Source: Candidatus Latescibacterota bacterium (GTDB taxonomy: Bacteria; Latescibacterota; UBA2968). From it: a stretch of DNA of 64,000 nt. The notes under the pieces are model-generated. The model made no database searches. It saw nothing but the letters and a program-made list of their open reading frames with translations, and was not told the DNA's origin. Made by a program: the position numbers and the translations under genes. Below are positions 28,870 through 38,649 of the stretch, piece after piece. Position 1 is the stretch's first letter. Each line of letters starts with the position of its first letter. The DNA lies in the NCBI GenBank assembly GCA_965222605.1, contig OZ244960.1, forward strand, positions 5,952,001 to 6,016,000, given 5' to 3'.

Positions 28870-30111
28870 ATGGGGGGCAGCTTGAAGACGTTGCAAAGGT
28901 TGGTCCATATCACGCTGGCGGACTTCATCGTGCGATCCGCCTACCAGATGGGAAAGACGCCCTTGTTGCCTCTTTTTGCCGCACAGCTAGGCGCTGGCGA
29001 TGCGTTTCTCGGCTTTGTCATGTCCGTTTCGACGCTGACTGGCCTGGTGTTTAAGCCGTTTATCGGCCTGTTCTCTGACCGCTGGGGGCGCCGGACGTGG
29101 CTGCTCCTGGGGACCGTTTTTTTTACATGTATGCCGTTTGTATACCGGTTCGTGCAGTCTCCGGAACAGTTGTTTGCCATCCGCCTGGTCCACGGTCTGG
29201 CCACAGCCATTTACGGGCCGGTGACGCTGGCGTACGTGGCCGAACTCTCCGAGGCCCACCGTGCGGAGCGGCTGGGCTGGTTCGGCATGGCCCGCAATGC
29301 CGGATACGTGGTGGGGCCGGCAGCCGCTGGCTGGATGTTGCTTACGATGCATCCTGTTTCGGTGTTCACCGTGATCGGCATCCTGAGCAGTTTCGCCTTT
29401 CTGCCGGTCCTCCTGCTGCCGGCATCGAGAATTTCAACTCCTGAACGCCGCTTTCCCTTCCTGAAGCAGGCGCTCTGGGCGCTGACATCGGGCAGCCGGA
29501 CGCCGTCGATCTGGCTGGCCGGCTGTCTGGATGCGGCCACATATATCGCCCTGTATGCCATCAAAGCCTTTTTGCCGCTTTACGCCCTGTCGATCGGCGT
29601 GAATACCGCCTTGGTGGGAGCTTTCTTCGCCCTGCAAGAGGTTGTACACATCCTGTTGAACCCTCTGGGGGGCCGCACAGGCGACCGGCTGGGATATCTT
29701 CCGACCGTATGTCTGGGGATGGTGGTCTTGAGCGCGGCGTTGCCTCTTCTCACGGTTGTTGACAACGGGGCTGTCCTAATGGCACCGGCGGTGTTGATGG
29801 GTGTGGCGCAGGCCCTGATCTTTCCTTCCACCGTGGCGCTGGCGTCCGCTCAGGTCGCCGACAGCGCTCTGGGCACGGGGATGGGGATTATCGGTACTTT
29901 GAAGAACACCGGCAAGGTTGCTGGCCCCGCTCTGGCCGGCCTGCTGATTCAGCGGCTGGATTTTGTCCCGACCATCCGCTTGATGGGCATTGCGCTGCTG
30001 ATCGGCGCTGGGGTGGTGTGGTTTCGCAGACAAGCTACGGTCCCTCAGGGTAAAGGCGCTGTTGGAGGAGCGAGGACGCGAGGTTCGGGCGCATATCTTT
30101 CCAAAAAATAA
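28870..30111 (+). CDS. MFS transporter
   Basis: About 12 TM segments, with motif A GLFSDRWGRR and GGRTGDRLG. Confidence 0.88.
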   Translation: MGGSLKTLQRLVHITLADFIVRSAYQMGKTPLLPLFAAQLGAGDAFLGFVMSVSTLTGLVFKPFIGLFSDRWGRRTWLLLGTVFFTCMPFVYRFVQSPEQLFAIRLVHGLATAIYGPVTLAYVAELSEAHRAERLGWFGMARNAGYVVGPAAAGWMLLTMHPVSVFTVIGILSSFAFLPVLLLPASRISTPERRFPFLKQALWALTSGSRTPSIWLAGCLDAATYIALYAIKAFLPLYALSIGVNTALVGAFFALQEVVHILLNPLGGRTGDRLGYLPTVCLGMVVLSAALPLLTVVDNGAVLMAPAVLMGVAQALIFPSTVALASAQVADSALGTGMGIIGTLKNTGKVAGPALAGLLIQRLDFVPTIRLMGIALLIGAGVVWFRRQATVPQGKGAVGGARTRGSGAYLSKK

Positions 30112-30148
30112 GGTGAAGATTCACCAGAGCCCGAGAAGGAGCAAGCAG

Positions 30149-31123
30149 ATGATTGTCATTGCAACCCGTAATGGGAATGTCGGCATTCGCCAGGCAGTGC
30201 AGGTATTGCGCGATGGGGGTAGTGCTATCGACGCTGTCGAAGAAGGCATTCATCATGTAGAAAGCAACCCGGATGACCATGGGGTCGGTTTGGGCGGTAC
30301 GCCGAACCTGCTCGGTGAAGTCGAACTGGATGCCACGATCATGGATGGTGCGACATTGCAGGCCGGCGCGGTGGGCGCCGTGAAGGGCTACGCGCACCCG
30401 ATCTCCATCGCCCGTAAGGTGATGGAAGAGCTCTGGCACGTCTTCCTGGTCGGCGCTGGCGCAGAGCGCTTCGCAGCGGAGATGGGCTTTGAGAAGACAG
30501 CGTTATTAACCGATTACGTGCGGACAGGCTGGCAAACCCGTCTCTGTGAAGATCTGGGCATTTGTGACCCTGCCCAGCTCCAATGTGTACTTGAGCTTCG
30601 CCATATCGGTCGGCTGGCTGGTGGCATGTCAAAGGTCCTCGGTACCGTCAACTTTATTGCCCGTGATGGCCGTAACAATATCTGCTCCGGTGTGAGTACC
30701 AGCGGGCTGGGTCTGAAGTATCCAGGCCGCCTCGCTGATTCGGCCGTTATTGGGGCGGGCAATTATGCAGACAATCGTTACGGCGCAGCTGTCTGTACCG
30801 GTATGGGCGAAATGGCGATTCGCGCCGGTACCGCCCGCAGTACAGTACTCTATATGAAGATGGAGATGTCCGTCGAAGAGGCCTGCAAAGAGGCGATACA
30901 GGATCTCGATGCGCTGATCGGAGACCGTCACCGGGGCATCCATCTGATTGCAATGGACAGGGAGGGCAACCACTACGGGGCTGCCAATTACCCCGACCGT
31001 ACGAAACATATCTATATGACCGGTGAGATGGACGATTTTGCCTATCTCGAAGGCTATTACGCGCCCTTTAAGACCGATCCTAAACCGGAGCTACAGCCCG
31101 ACAGTCGTGATGGCATGTATTAA
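30149..31123 (+). CDS. Ntn-hydrolase, isoaspartyl peptidase/glycosylasparaginase (asparaginase 2) family
   Basis: AAGGAG RBS. Motifs VELDATIMDG, PISIAR, GT(V) nucleophile, STSG...K.PGR..DS, CTG.GE. Confidence 0.88.
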   Translation: MIVIATRNGNVGIRQAVQVLRDGGSAIDAVEEGIHHVESNPDDHGVGLGGTPNLLGEVELDATIMDGATLQAGAVGAVKGYAHPISIARKVMEELWHVFLVGAGAERFAAEMGFEKTALLTDYVRTGWQTRLCEDLGICDPAQLQCVLELRHIGRLAGGMSKVLGTVNFIARDGRNNICSGVSTSGLGLKYPGRLADSAVIGAGNYADNRYGAAVCTGMGEMAIRAGTARSTVLYMKMEMSVEEACKEAIQDLDALIGDRHRGIHLIAMDREGNHYGAANYPDRTKHIYMTGEMDDFAYLEGYYAPFKTDPKPELQPDSRDGMY

Positions 31124-31157
31124 ATGGACGTCTCACGAGCGGAGAGGTCCGAAAAAA

Positions 31158-31208
31158 GGGAGGCGATTATGAAAAAGGGCATCGTCATTCGTGCATTTTC
31201 CGGGAATC
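31158..31208 (+). repeat. 51-bp exact direct repeat, copy 2
   Basis: Identical to 8413-8463. Confidence 0.92.
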
Positions 31209-32044
31209 CGGACTTTCTGGGAGACGTCGGCTTTCTGAGCGGTGCAGACGATTTTTCGCGCTGCTTCGAGCGGGCCGTGGAGGCGGGTTTCGATGCCGTG
31301 CAGCTTTACGCCGATCACGAGGGTTATTTTTCGCTAACTTCCGATTTGAAGGTGACCGGGGAGATCGCGAAGCGGGCAGAGAAGGCCGGTGTGGCGCTCG
31401 CCAGCCTGGAGATCGCGCCGTTTTCCTACCTCTTTACCGATCCCGACCCGGAAGTGAGAAAGGAAGCAGAGCAGACCGTTCGGCGTGCACTGGAGATCGC
31501 ATCGGCAATGGGTATGCCGGGTGTGCTGGTCATCCCGGGCTATGTGGGGCTTCCCTGGGACTCATCTGTGGAACTGGTCCCTTACGAAGAGGCGTACGAT
31601 CGAACGAAAGCAGGTCTGGTCGCCGTTGCATCCGATGCCGAGCGTCTGAAGACGCATGTGCTGGTTGAGAATGTCTGGAACAGAATGCTTATGACCCCCC
31701 TCGAGATGCGCCGCCTGATTGACGATGTAGGCAGTGAGTACGTGAATGTGCTCTTGGATACGGGCAATGTGATACTATTCGGGTACCCCGAGCAGTGGAT
31801 CCGCCTGCTCGGCGAACGGGTGAAGGAGGTGCATTTTAAGGATTTCAGGGCAAATGTCGGGACCATCGATGGATTTGTACAGCTCCTGGAAGGAGATGTG
31901 AACTGGCCGGAGGTGATGGCTGCTTTGAATGAGGTGGGATTCGATGGCTTTGTGACGGCCGAGATGTTTCCCTATAAGTATCACGGCGATGTGGTGCTCA
32001 GTCATACGTCGGCGGGTATGGACGCCATTCTGGGGAGAGTTTGA
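31169..32044 (+). CDS. Sugar phosphate isomerase/epimerase (xylose-isomerase-like TIM barrel)
   Basis: GGAGG RBS. Motifs ENVWN, DTGN, HFKDF, GDVNW, TAE. Confidence 0.9.
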   Translation: MKKGIVIRAFSGNPDFLGDVGFLSGADDFSRCFERAVEAGFDAVQLYADHEGYFSLTSDLKVTGEIAKRAEKAGVALASLEIAPFSYLFTDPDPEVRKEAEQTVRRALEIASAMGMPGVLVIPGYVGLPWDSSVELVPYEEAYDRTKAGLVAVASDAERLKTHVLVENVWNRMLMTPLEMRRLIDDVGSEYVNVLLDTGNVILFGYPEQWIRLLGERVKEVHFKDFRANVGTIDGFVQLLEGDVNWPEVMAALNEVGFDGFVTAEMFPYKYHGDVVLSHTSAGMDAILGRV

Positions 32045-32047
32045 ACT

Positions 32048-33097
32048 GTGAGCGAAAAGGTGAAGATCGGACTGATCGGCGCCGGGGAGATCGGCGCTGT
32101 ACACGCTGAGGCGTGGGTGCAGCTTGAGGATGTGGTGTTCGGCGTGGCCGGGGGTCGCAATCCCGACCAGGGCCGGGCACTTGCCACCCGGACGGGGGCC
32201 ATCTTTTACGAGAGTGTGGATGCCATGCTCGTCGATGGGTCGATTCAGGGCGTGGACATCTGTGTTCCCAACTCCCTGCACCGCGAGTTTGCAGAGCGGG
32301 CTTTTGTAGCGGGTAAGCATGTGATGTGCGAAAAGCCGATCGCGCTGACGCTGGAGGACGCAGATTCTATGATGGCCGCAGCTAACCGGGCTGGAAAGGT
32401 TCTGTTTATAGCTCATGTGCTTCGCTTCTGGCCGGAATACGCGCTTGCGAAACAGTGGGTGGATGTCGAAATCGGAGGAGAGGTGCTTCTGGTAACTGCC
32501 CGCCGGCTGGTTTCCGTGCTCGAGGCCACCACTGGCGCCGAAGGCTGGCGACGCGATCCAGCAAAAAGCGGGGGCGCTGTGATCGATCTTCAGGTTCACG
32601 ATGTAGATTTTTTTAACTGGCTTCTGGGGAATCCAGTGCGTGTTTCTTCACAGGGGGTACGGAGCGCGGACGGAGCGATCAGCCATGTCTGGACGACCGT
32701 AGATTACAAAAATGGAGCGAAGGGATTCTTTGAGGGAAGTTTCATGTTCAAGGGGAACCCGATCGCAATTGATTTCAGGCTGCTGAGCGAAAAAAAGTCC
32801 GTGGAATTCATCTACGCGCCCGTCGAGTTCAAGCTGCACGGGATGCAGGGCCAGGAGGCCGGGGAGTCCTCACCTTCTCTTATGGAATATACCTGGGGTC
32901 AGGAAGGGGTTTCGCTTTACGAGTCTGCGGAGGATTCGTTTGCCCTGGCGATGCGGGACCAGGTGGCGCATTTTGCACATTGCATCCACGAGGGTGCGGA
33001 CGAGCTTCTGGTGAAGCCCGAGGAGGCCAGGCGGGCGCTCGAAGTCTGCCTGGCCGCACAGGCTTCGTGCGAAGAAGGGCGTCCGGTCGATTTGTGA
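32048..33097 (+). CDS. Gfo/Idh/MocA family oxidoreductase
   Basis: GLIGAGEIG, GKHVMCEKP, SGGAVIDLQVHD. Confidence 0.92.
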   Translation: MSEKVKIGLIGAGEIGAVHAEAWVQLEDVVFGVAGGRNPDQGRALATRTGAIFYESVDAMLVDGSIQGVDICVPNSLHREFAERAFVAGKHVMCEKPIALTLEDADSMMAAANRAGKVLFIAHVLRFWPEYALAKQWVDVEIGGEVLLVTARRLVSVLEATTGAEGWRRDPAKSGGAVIDLQVHDVDFFNWLLGNPVRVSSQGVRSADGAISHVWTTVDYKNGAKGFFEGSFMFKGNPIAIDFRLLSEKKSVEFIYAPVEFKLHGMQGQEAGESSPSLMEYTWGQEGVSLYESAEDSFALAMRDQVAHFAHCIHEGADELLVKPEEARRALEVCLAAQASCEEGRPVDL

Positions 33098-33192
33098 TGT
33101 GGCCGCGAGGTTATACACGCACCCCGGAGAAGTCCCGGCAACAGATCGCCTGACTGCCGGATTAAGATATTCCTTGCAGAAAGGAGTAAACG

Positions 33193-34023
33193 ATGGATAT
33201 CGAAGCCGGGCTCAAACGCCCAAAAATCGACGTACACAGCCACGTGGCCACTCAACCGAACTCGGATGCTTCCGCAGATGCCCTCATCGCCAGCGGAGAT
33301 CCCGTCGGTGTCACAGAGTACTGGTGTTCTCGCCCTATTGGCGGCGGCCGCATCGCCTCTGTGGATGAAGTCCGCAATTGCAACGACGGCGTCCTGCGCG
33401 CCGCGGAATACCGTCCGGACTACATCCGGGGCCTGTGTTATGTCATTCCGGGTTACGGAAAAGAAGCCACTGCCGAAATCGAACGCTGTCTGGGAGCCGG
33501 CATGATCGGCATCAAGCTCTACAACCAGTACAAACTCTGGGACCCCGCTGTCTGGCCCGTGCTCCAGCTCGCGGCGGAACGGCGCATCCCGGTCCTGGAA
33601 CACGCGGGTTATCTGACCGGCCGGGAGCATCTGGACAAGCAGCCGCTTATTTCTCATGGGGAAGATTTCACGAAGGCCAGTGAAAAATTCCCGGAGACCA
33701 TATTTATCCACGCCCACATCGGCGGTGGCGGAGACTGGGAATGGACCGTGCGTGCTATGCGAAACGCCTCGCCCAATGTCTATATTGACACCAGCGGCAG
33801 CAACCTGGACGACGGACAGATCGAATTCGCCGTCGCAGAACTCGGAGTGGATCGCGTCCTCTTCGGATCCGATGGCACGATGGCTGGCTGCATCGGCAAA
33901 GTTCTGGATGCCAAACTCACCGATAAAGAAAAAGAGCGCATTTTCTGGGACAATGCCGAACACATTTTGGCGCAACAAGGCGCGAAGGCCCTGCACGCGA
34001 ACTCGGAAGGAGTGGCTTCATGA
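33193..34023 (+). CDS. Amidohydrolase_2 family protein
   Basis: IDVHSH, GIK, AHIGGGG, DTSGS, LFGSD. Confidence 0.88.
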   Translation: MDIEAGLKRPKIDVHSHVATQPNSDASADALIASGDPVGVTEYWCSRPIGGGRIASVDEVRNCNDGVLRAAEYRPDYIRGLCYVIPGYGKEATAEIERCLGAGMIGIKLYNQYKLWDPAVWPVLQLAAERRIPVLEHAGYLTGREHLDKQPLISHGEDFTKASEKFPETIFIHAHIGGGGDWEWTVRAMRNASPNVYIDTSGSNLDDGQIEFAVAELGVDRVLFGSDGTMAGCIGKVLDAKLTDKEKERIFWDNAEHILAQQGAKALHANSEGVAS

Positions 34024-34790
34024 TCATCGATATCAATGCCTGGCTGGGTGTCTGGCCCTTTCGCGCCCTTCGGGACAACACCCCTGAAACTCTCGCCGCC
34101 CGGCTCGATCGCTGTGGCATCCAGAAAGCTGCTGTATCTCCTATCGAAGCGGTTTTCCACCGCAATGTACAGCTTGCCAATGAAAAACTGGTGGAAGACA
34201 TCGAGTCATTCAGAGATCGCTTTATTCCACTGGCTACCCTCAACCCCACTTATACCCACTGGGAAGACGATCTCAAAGCCTGTCACGAAGACTTGAACAT
34301 GAAGGGGGTTCGCCTCTTTCCACAGTACCAGAACTTCCCTATAGATGGCCCACTTGCCCAAAGCGTCGCAAAAGCCTGCGCCGAACGGAACCTGCCCATC
34401 TTTATTCCTCACCGTCTGGAAGATGTGCGCGAGCGCCACTGGATGGATCCCGGCAATGTTGTAGATGTCGGTGCCATTGCCAACCTGCTCGCGGCTGTCC
34501 CGGACGCCACCATCACAATCTCCAACCTGCGCGGCATGGTCAGTTGTGCCCTCTGGCAGCGGGAGGACCTGCGCGATAAATCCTGGTATCTGGATCTCTC
34601 CCTTGCCGAAGTCCACCGAGATGTGGAGGTCCTCGTGGAGCAGGGCGGTGCAAACCACCTTGTCTTCGGATCTCATGTTCCCTTTTCGTACCCGGGATCG
34701 GCGCTGGTCAAACGCGCGATCCTGAAAGTTGACAAAGATACGCTGGAAAACATCAGCTACCGGAACGCAAAAAAAATCCTGGGGCTGTAG
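34020..34790 (+). CDS. Amidohydrolase-fold protein with degenerate metal ligands
   Basis: ATGA overlap with the previous gene. IDINAW replaces HxH and FGSH replaces FGSD. Confidence 0.78.
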   Translation: MIIDINAWLGVWPFRALRDNTPETLAARLDRCGIQKAAVSPIEAVFHRNVQLANEKLVEDIESFRDRFIPLATLNPTYTHWEDDLKACHEDLNMKGVRLFPQYQNFPIDGPLAQSVAKACAERNLPIFIPHRLEDVRERHWMDPGNVVDVGAIANLLAAVPDATITISNLRGMVSCALWQREDLRDKSWYLDLSLAEVHRDVEVLVEQGGANHLVFGSHVPFSYPGSALVKRAILKVDKDTLENISYRNAKKILGL

Positions 34791-34817
34791 GTCCCACCTC
34801 ACAGGAGAGCAATCCCG

Positions 34818-37661
34818 ATGGATGGCACACGAATACTGTCGTACCCGCGTACCCTTTATAAACCGTCCGATATCGAGAACGCCCGACGAAATGTCGAACG
34901 CTACAGGTGGGCGCGGGAAATTGTAGATGCATGGAAAGAGGATGTGGCATTTGTTTTGGAGCGGAATCGGGATTTTTTTGACGAGTTGATTCCCGAGTTG
35001 ACCCCTGGCACGCACTATGGGCAGAGCTGTCCCCACTGTGTCGGCAAGCAGTCGCTGATGGGCGCTGGTCGCTTCCGATGGACCGTCACTGAACCGGACC
35101 AGATCATCTGTGAGGCCTGTGGCACGGTTTACCCCAACCCGGACTATCCCGAGACCGGGGTGCTGGCATGTCCCCGGATGGGACAGATCTTTACCTACTA
35201 CGAGACGCCAGAAGAGCGCGCCCATCCCGATGACCGGGCTCGATACGCTTTCAGGTGGCTTGGAGATCGCCCCGAAATGACGAGTTTCACTGGTCTTATC
35301 CGTACTCGAAAGGTCGAATGGGCAAGCCGTCAGGCCCTTACGCTGGCCCGACTTTATGCACTCACCGGAGATATCGCCTGCGCCGAACGCGTTGTGTGGA
35401 TCCACGACCGCTTTGCCCGGGTGTTCCCCAATTATCTCTACCATTCTTACGATGGCAGTATTGCAGACTGGCCGCCCGCAGAAGTTGCCGCCAATATGGG
35501 GAAAAATGAAAATTTGGGCGGGCTTCGGGGTGGGCGATTCCCGAAGGGGGTGATCCGCCACGCGTACGGGTTGAACGAGTACGAGGATTATTCCACACTG
35601 TTCAACGGCTTCTGGGGCGCGGGGCGGTTGAGTACCCACGGCAAGGGGAGCGGTGCCGGGATGCTGCTCGATATGACAGTTGCGTACGATCTGGTCCGCG
35701 AAGCGCGTTTTGCCGATGAGCGCGATCTTCTCGATGAGGAGACCCGGAACCGCATTGTCCGGGATCTGCTTGTGGCCGGGTGTGTTGATGCGGAACAGCT
35801 CGATACGCTTTCCAATCTGGGTGTGGTCACTTTTTCCTTATCTGCTGCTGTCGGGCTTTTACTCGATCAGCCGGACAGGGTACGCCGGGCTGTCGATGGG
35901 TGGAACCGGATCATTGAGCAGCGCTACCATTTCGATGGTTTCTATACCGAAACACCTTCTTATGCCATCACCAATTTCGGGACTATGCGCGAACTGCCCG
36001 ACCTCCTGATGGGATATAGCGATCCGGAAGGTAACGAAGAAGGCGCGGGGGGAAAAACACTGAACCCGTTTGCCACCGGCCGGTTTCGACTGGCTCTCGA
36101 ATCCATGCTGCGGATGCTTGCTCCCGGTAACCGGTTACCCGTGATCGGAGATACTCACTTCGACAGCGGCATAAGCCCGATCTTCGCCGAAGTCATGGCC
36201 GCCCGACTGGGCGGGCGGTATGCCGGGCTTCTCGAAACGGTTCAGGACGCCGGGCTGGCGGAGAAGGGTAGCGAATATGCCCTCTGGTACCGGCCGTTCG
36301 ATCTTATCGCCCGGGGTGCGACAGAATTGCCGCTGCGCACAGAGTGGTTTCCGGGGTGGCATGTAGGGGTCATGCGCGGTGGATCAAAGAGAAATGATAC
36401 GGCACTCTATTTTAACGGCAATGAAAACCGGTGGACCGCGCATACCACCCATCGCCATCGCGATTGTTTGAGCATTAGCTTCTATGCCTTCGGCGAGGAA
36501 CTGGTCTCAGACCGGGGCTATTTCTCCGGCAGTTCCCAGTTGACACCGGACGGACGCTCTGGACAGCGCTGGACCAGCAGTACGCACGCCCACAACCTGG
36601 TTGTGGTTGACGAGGACGAACAGGCTTCCCAGGAATGCGGCTCCACCCTGGAACTTATCGGTTTTGCGCCGGGTATCGAGATCCTGCAGGCCTCTGGGAT
36701 CAATGTTTATCCCCAGTGTAGTCAGTACCGCCGGACCTGCGCCCTTGTTCAGGCACCGGGTGGTACCCATTATGTCGTCGATTTTTTTCGGGTATCGGGT
36801 GGCAGTACCCATCAGTACAGCTTCCATTGCAACGGATCATTGATCGATGCGAGTCCCAATCGGCCCACATCGCAGCCTGTAGAACTCTCAGAAGCCTGGA
36901 GCGACTGGCTTGAAAAACCACGCGTTATCACCCCGGATGCCCCCAATATCTTTACCTGGAGGTTCGGAGATGTGCGCCTCGACACGCGCCTCCTCAACAC
37001 CGGCGATACGCTCGACCGAGTGATCATTGCTGATGCTCCGGCATGGCGTCACGCCAACCTCGCGGAGTTTGAGAAGCCGCCGATCCAGCAGATCCTGGCC
37101 GAGCACCGAGCGGAGTATCCCAAAGGCGAACTGGTTACCCAATATGCCACCGTCCTGGTACCTTATCAAACAGCGGATTCTCCCGTCCTGGACGCGCGAT
37201 TGCTCGCCAACGATCCGGATTCGGGAGTGCTTGCCATTGAAGTGCGATTCGAAGACCGGACGGACTATATTGTCTCTACAGGCGACCAGCAGGAGCGGCA
37301 GTTCGGGCACGCTACTGTCGCTGGCGAGTTCGCATTTGCCTCGGTTGACACAGGTGGCCGTGCAGTCCAGACCTATCTGCTCAAAGGCACTCGCCTGATG
37401 TGCGGGGAGTTGCACATGAACTTTCCCGAACCCGAGATCCGCCTGGAGGTCGCGTCCGTAGCTGACAGGACTTTTCACCTCGCAGAACCCCCTTCCACGG
37501 GCGTCTCTGCCGGTTCGACGATGCTGGCGGGAGAAATGCCGCAGACGGGATACAGGATCGAGTCGGTTGGATCCGATTCGATCACAGTATGCGAATATCC
37601 CGCGATCGATTGTAAGCAGGCCGCCGTGCTCAATGCACGCTGGCTGTGTGCCGATTCGTAG
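34818..37661 (+). CDS. Heparinase II/III family protein (no signal peptide seen)
   Basis: LYALTGD, DG.Y.E.PSY, P.IGD, H.H.D.L, D.GY, AHNLVVVD. Confidence 0.8.
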   Translation: MDGTRILSYPRTLYKPSDIENARRNVERYRWAREIVDAWKEDVAFVLERNRDFFDELIPELTPGTHYGQSCPHCVGKQSLMGAGRFRWTVTEPDQIICEACGTVYPNPDYPETGVLACPRMGQIFTYYETPEERAHPDDRARYAFRWLGDRPEMTSFTGLIRTRKVEWASRQALTLARLYALTGDIACAERVVWIHDRFARVFPNYLYHSYDGSIADWPPAEVAANMGKNENLGGLRGGRFPKGVIRHAYGLNEYEDYSTLFNGFWGAGRLSTHGKGSGAGMLLDMTVAYDLVREARFADERDLLDEETRNRIVRDLLVAGCVDAEQLDTLSNLGVVTFSLSAAVGLLLDQPDRVRRAVDGWNRIIEQRYHFDGFYTETPSYAITNFGTMRELPDLLMGYSDPEGNEEGAGGKTLNPFATGRFRLALESMLRMLAPGNRLPVIGDTHFDSGISPIFAEVMAARLGGRYAGLLETVQDAGLAEKGSEYALWYRPFDLIARGATELPLRTEWFPGWHVGVMRGGSKRNDTALYFNGNENRWTAHTTHRHRDCLSISFYAFGEELVSDRGYFSGSSQLTPDGRSGQRWTSSTHAHNLVVVDEDEQASQECGSTLELIGFAPGIEILQASGINVYPQCSQYRRTCALVQAPGGTHYVVDFFRVSGGSTHQYSFHCNGSLIDASPNRPTSQPVELSEAWSDWLEKPRVITPDAPNIFTWRFGDVRLDTRLLNTGDTLDRVIIADAPAWRHANLAEFEKPPIQQILAEHRAEYPKGELVTQYATVLVPYQTADSPVLDARLLANDPDSGVLAIEVRFEDRTDYIVSTGDQQERQFGHATVAGEFAFASVDTGGRAVQTYLLKGTRLMCGELHMNFPEPEIRLEVASVADRTFHLAEPPSTGVSAGSTMLAGEMPQTGYRIESVGSDSITVCEYPAIDCKQAAVLNARWLCADS

Positions 37662-37734
37662 TCTGGTGAGAGACCAATCCGTTCTTCAAGGATCTGCGGT
37701 GATAAATCGCTATTAAAAAAATTAAGGAGGATCG

Positions 37735-38604
37735 ATGTCGCGGAAAGGCTATCGAGTGGACTGCCACACACATCTCTGGCGCTATCCGGGTGAGTTGACC
37801 GACGAATTGGCGCGCGAGACTTTTATTATGCGCAATCGGGAAGTGGATCTGGATATTACACCCGATATGCACACGGCAGCCGTGGCAGAGGTGGATTGCG
37901 CTATCGTGTTCGGGCTGCGGGCACCGCTGACCGGCTTTCTGACTGTCAACGATACAGTTGCAGATTACGTGCATACCCATCCGGAGAAGCTAATCGGTTT
38001 CGCTTCGATCTGTCCGACTGAGGACAACGCTCTTGAGGAGGTGGAGCGCGCGGTCAAAGAACTGGGGTTGCGGGGCCTGAAGATGAGCCCGATCTACGGT
38101 GGGTGGGACCCGCTGGATGCGGGTGCGCTGGCCATTTTTGCCAGGGCGGAGGAGTACGGGTTGCCCATTATGTTCCACCAGGGAGCGACTTTCCCGCGCA
38201 GAGCGCCGCTGAAGTATGCGAATCCCGTTCTGCTGGAAGAGATCGCGCTCCGGTTTCCGGATCTGAAGATGGTGATCGCCCATCTGGGGCATCCCTGGGA
38301 GGCGGAGACTATTGTCCTGATTCGGAAGCAGCCAAATGTGTTTTCGGATATTTCGGGTTTGTTCTACCGGCCCTGGCAGTTTTACAACTCGCTGCGGCTG
38401 GCGGTTGAGTACGGGGTTGTGGATAAACTGCTCTTTGGAACAGATTATCCTGTGGCTACTTTTGAGGAAACAGTGGAAGGACTGCACCAGGTGGTCCGGC
38501 TTTCTCAGGAGATGAGGCTGCCTCCGCTGCCGGAAGACCTGCCGGATCGGATTCTGTACCGCGATACTCTGGGGCTGCTGGGGCTGTCTGATACTGCGAC
38601 CTGA
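37735..38604 (+). CDS. Amidohydrolase_2 family protein
   Basis: DCHTH, LRGLK, FHQG, AHLGHPW, LFGTDYP. Confidence 0.9.
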   Translation: MSRKGYRVDCHTHLWRYPGELTDELARETFIMRNREVDLDITPDMHTAAVAEVDCAIVFGLRAPLTGFLTVNDTVADYVHTHPEKLIGFASICPTEDNALEEVERAVKELGLRGLKMSPIYGGWDPLDAGALAIFARAEEYGLPIMFHQGATFPRRAPLKYANPVLLEEIALRFPDLKMVIAHLGHPWEAETIVLIRKQPNVFSDISGLFYRPWQFYNSLRLAVEYGVVDKLLFGTDYPVATFEETVEGLHQVVRLSQEMRLPPLPEDLPDRILYRDTLGLLGLSDTAT

Positions 38605-38649
38605 TTGAAAACCGAGACTCCTCACACAGGATATTGAAAGGAGATACTG

